A DNA stretch of 64,000 bases from Dipteris shenzhenensis. Lineage: Eukaryota. The stretch lies in assembly GCA_047967505.1 (NCBI GenBank), contig CM106538.1; one strand, 5' to 3'. A program made the position numbers and the translations under genes. Below are positions 60,840 through 64,000 of the stretch, one piece after another. How positions within the stretch are numbered: the first letter of the stretch is position 1; the number at the start of each line of letters is the position of its first letter. Below the pieces are notes generated by a model. The model ran no database searches. It had not been told where the DNA came from and saw nothing but the letters and a program-made list of their open reading frames with translations.

Positions 60840-62080
60840 ACAGAGGCCCTATAAGGGAAGACCATAGTTTACCCCTGAACAGATTGAAACTTTCGGGAAA
60901 GAGGGCAAATGCTTCAGATGCAGCAAAGAGGGGCATGTGGCTGCCCAGTGCCTAGAAAATCCTTTAACTCCGAAGGGAAAAGAGGCAGAGAACCCACGGG
61001 GACTGCACAAACCAATGGCGGGAGGAATTCCTGATATACTAGGTCATGTTTCAAACCCAGAGGAACGAGAATTGCTGCTATCATGGGGCAAAGTCAGAGA
61101 CCAGCAAGCGCTGATTTTATTTGATCCAGGGGCTACAGATAACTTTATATCAAAAGATTTAGTACTAAGGCTGGGAATAAAGACGGAGGAGTTGGGCAGG
61201 GCTCTGGATGCTGACCAAATGTTCTATGGGAACCCTCTGCTAGTCACTCCCTTGATAGGGAAGCTCCGTCTTCATGTACAGAGTTATGTGGATCAAGAAG
61301 ACTTCTTCATTTCTCCACTGAAACATCATGATGTAGTCTTGGGTATGCCTTGGTTCCATCACAAGGCAGTGAAGTTGACTCTTCTTGAGAGAGTGTTGGA
61401 ATTTGTACATAGGGGCAAAGTACATCGTGTGGTTGCTAGGAATAGAGGGGAAACTATTCCCACTGTATCAAATAGTTCTGTTGGAAAAGAAATAAAGTCT
61501 ACAGTTTCAGCTTACATGGTTTTTGTAAAAGAGAGAGATGTGGAAATGCATGCTGAAATAAGTGAGGCAGATCAGAATAAATTTCAGTTTCTTGAAAATT
61601 TTAAAGATTGCTTTTCTAATGCTTTGCCAAGGGAGTTACCCCATGAGAGACCTGAAGATCATGGCATAGAACTCAGTCCTGGCAATGAGCCACCAAATAG
61701 GCCCCCATACAGAGTTAGTGCAACTCAACGAGAGGAGATTATGGCTCAGATGCAGGACTTGTTGTCCAAGGGGTTGATTCAGCCCAGTTCTTCTCCTTTT
61801 TGCTCTCTTGTACTGCTGGTACAGAAGAAAGATGGTTCATTCTGTATGTGCATCGATTATCGCGCTCTAAATAAAATGACCATCAAGAATAGATTCCCTA
61901 TTCCGCGCATTGATGATGTGCTGGATCAATTAAATGGGACTTCAGTTTTCCGCGGGATAGAAGTAAAGAGTGGCTATTACCAAGTGAGGATACAGCCTCA
62001 TAATGTGCATAAGATAGCATTTCACACTACTTTTGGGTTGTATGAGTATTTGGTGATGCCTTTTGGATTGACTAATGCCC
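60840..62080 (+). pseudogene. Gypsy zinc knuckle-protease-RT fragment
   Basis: [51 protein letters not shown]. Confidence 0.88.
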
Positions 62081-62559
62081 ATGACAAGAGAAATCACTAA
62101 TCCGTGATTAGTAGACATTAAAACATTATTATATATTATATGCCAATGGTGTAACATGTATTTGTATTTATGATGGACATCGACCGATTTGTTATGGCGG
62201 TGGATCATCTGAGTAGATAAGACTAGTCGAGCTGGAGCCGCTGCTTCAGACGGCATCAAATTGAGACATGTGACACTTATTCTATTAATAAAAATGTACA
62301 CACAGGTGTCTAGGTCCTCGGGGCATTGGAAGGGAAGGGTGCATTAAGGTGCATTGAATGGTAGATGCATGGGTCATAGGCTAAGGGTAGGTGTAAATGG
62401 GAAGATGGAACTTGAGTGATCTCAAGGGACATTAATGAAAGGGTATCACCCTTCATTGTGAATCTCACATAGCATTCTGTCTACCACATTGCATTCATCC
62501 GCCATCTCTCACACACCTTGCAAGTAGGTCGAAATAGAAACAAGCACTCTCACTAGGGC

Positions 62560-63078
62560 GCTCTTCCCCATTGGAGGGCCAATCGGCATTCAAATTTTGC
62601 ATGCATTGCACACATTTGCATTCTTGAGAAGGCTGGTTCTTCACATCTTTGATGACATAATTGTCTTTTCTAAGTCCGTTGGGGCATATAATATCCAAAG
62701 ATGGGATAAGGATGGATCCGGCAAAGATCCAAGCCATTTAGAAATGACCAAAGTTGAAAATTGTGCATGAAGTCCGTAGTTTCCTAGGCCTATGTTCTTA
62801 CTACAGAAGATGAATCAGGCATTTTGCGGACATAGCCGCTTCACTTTCACGACCTTATTAAGAAAAATGCAGCTTTTAGATGGGGAATTCCACAAAAGAC
62901 AGCATTCACCACACTCAAAGAGAGGTTGACTACCGAGCCAATCTTGATAGTTCCAAATTTGTATCAGCCATTTGATGTGGATTGTGATGCTTGTGGGGAG
63001 TGTGTTGGGGCTGCATTGCATTAGAATGGTCATGTAGTGGCCTATGAGAGCAGGAGACTCTGGGATGCAGAGAGAGAT
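62560..63078 (+). pseudogene. Gypsy RT-end/RNaseH fragment
   Basis: LGHIISKDGIRMDPAKIQAI, VHEVRSFLGLCSYYRR, FDVDCDACG, VVAYESRRL. Confidence 0.75.
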
Positions 63079-64000
63079 CTGGGAAGAGTTGCTGTGGTTT
63101 CCCCTCGGCTTTTGAGGCTGAAATCCCCTCTTCTGAGCCTTGGGAAAGTCTCTTGTTTCAGACTTGGGGGTCACTGACTTTTTATCAAGGGCTTGTAGTG
63201 AAGGTACAGTAGTAGGACCTTGCATGTATATAAGATTAGCTACATTGGCTGAATGCATAAGATCTGAAATATCTTTGATATCCTTAGTTTTTACTTGGGC
63301 CTGTATCTTTGGAGTGAGTCCTGCCCAATACTTCCTGAGTTGAGTCTTGTCAAAGATTTTCTTGAAAGGTGAAACCTGTAAATATGAGTCCCAAATTTTT
63401 TGATTATAAGACTCAACTGTATCTCGTGCTTCCATATGCATACTCTCCCAACCAAGGAGGACATGATCCCAAAACTGCTTGGGAATAAACTACTTATAAA
63501 AGGCTTTCTTGAAATACTTCCATTTCTTGGGAGTTGTATAATTAGCAGTTTTAGCTAGCTACCATGCACTGGCTGTACCAATCAAGTGCAAACCAACCAT
63601 ACAAAGTTTCGAGGACTCACCGAAATTTTCCACGCTCAAGGCAGCATCAAACTGCCTTATGAACTGCATTGCCTTTTCAGCTTGGCCATATTGGCCATTG
63701 TAAGTGGCAAATCTCGCTAACTTCCCACCATCTTTAAACTTTGCTTTCTTGCCATACTTCTTCTTCTTCTTCTACTTATGCTTTGGCTCTGAGGATCCAG
63801 AAGAAAAAGATGATGTTGAGGATAAAGAGGTAGAGCTAGAAGAAGAAGACGAACTAGATGAACTATGATGATGCTTCGCCTTTTTCTTCTTGGGAAGATC
63901 AACTCTTTTCCTCTTTTTGCTGTCCCTATGGCGAGACTTCTTACTCTTTCCCAATACCTCATTTGTGAAAAAAGGAGTAGGACTCAAAGATCTCTTTTTG
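63079..64000 (-). pseudogene. Gypsy gag fragment with Lys/Ser-rich N-terminus
   Basis: ORFs 62815-63441 (TVESYNQKIWD..RKYWAGL.PKIQAQV) and 63772-63987; Retrotrans_gag-like pattern W..FKKAFYK.F.P. Confidence 0.65.

Overview
Land-plant nuclear DNA from a large, repeat-rich genome; the element families and intron style suggest a fern or other non-seed plant (inference). Almost the whole window is transposon-derived. It appears to lie inside one minus-strand host gene, a HAD-superfamily (HDHD3/REG-2-like) hydrolase. Five small GT-AG exons are visible (52753-52835, 34815-34898, 34541-34616, 34307-34379, 34093-34166); one intron is 17.85 kb, and I did not find the first or last exons in the window. 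The TE content comprises several Ty1/copia elements, several chromodomain-bearing Ty3/gypsy elements (three with paired LTRs, iMet PBS, PPT and 5-bp TSDs, nested up to three deep), a hAT transposase remnant and a 349-bp hAT MITE. The most notable item is a non-LTR retrotransposon system. It includes one near-intact RTE/RTEX-like LINE whose ORF1 and ORF2 are in frame across a single TGA-CGG, several truncated relatives, and three ~1.3-1.5 kb elements that encode only ORF1. Eight 3' ends share a covarying terminal stem-loop plus a (CT)n/(CTTT)n tail. The four 5'-complete copies each start directly after a (CT)n tract, and several stack head-to-tail. The ORF1-only copies also share a structurally conserved 5' hairpin (possible pseudoknot) just upstream of their start codon. 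All coordinates were read by eye; no database searches or folding calculations were run.
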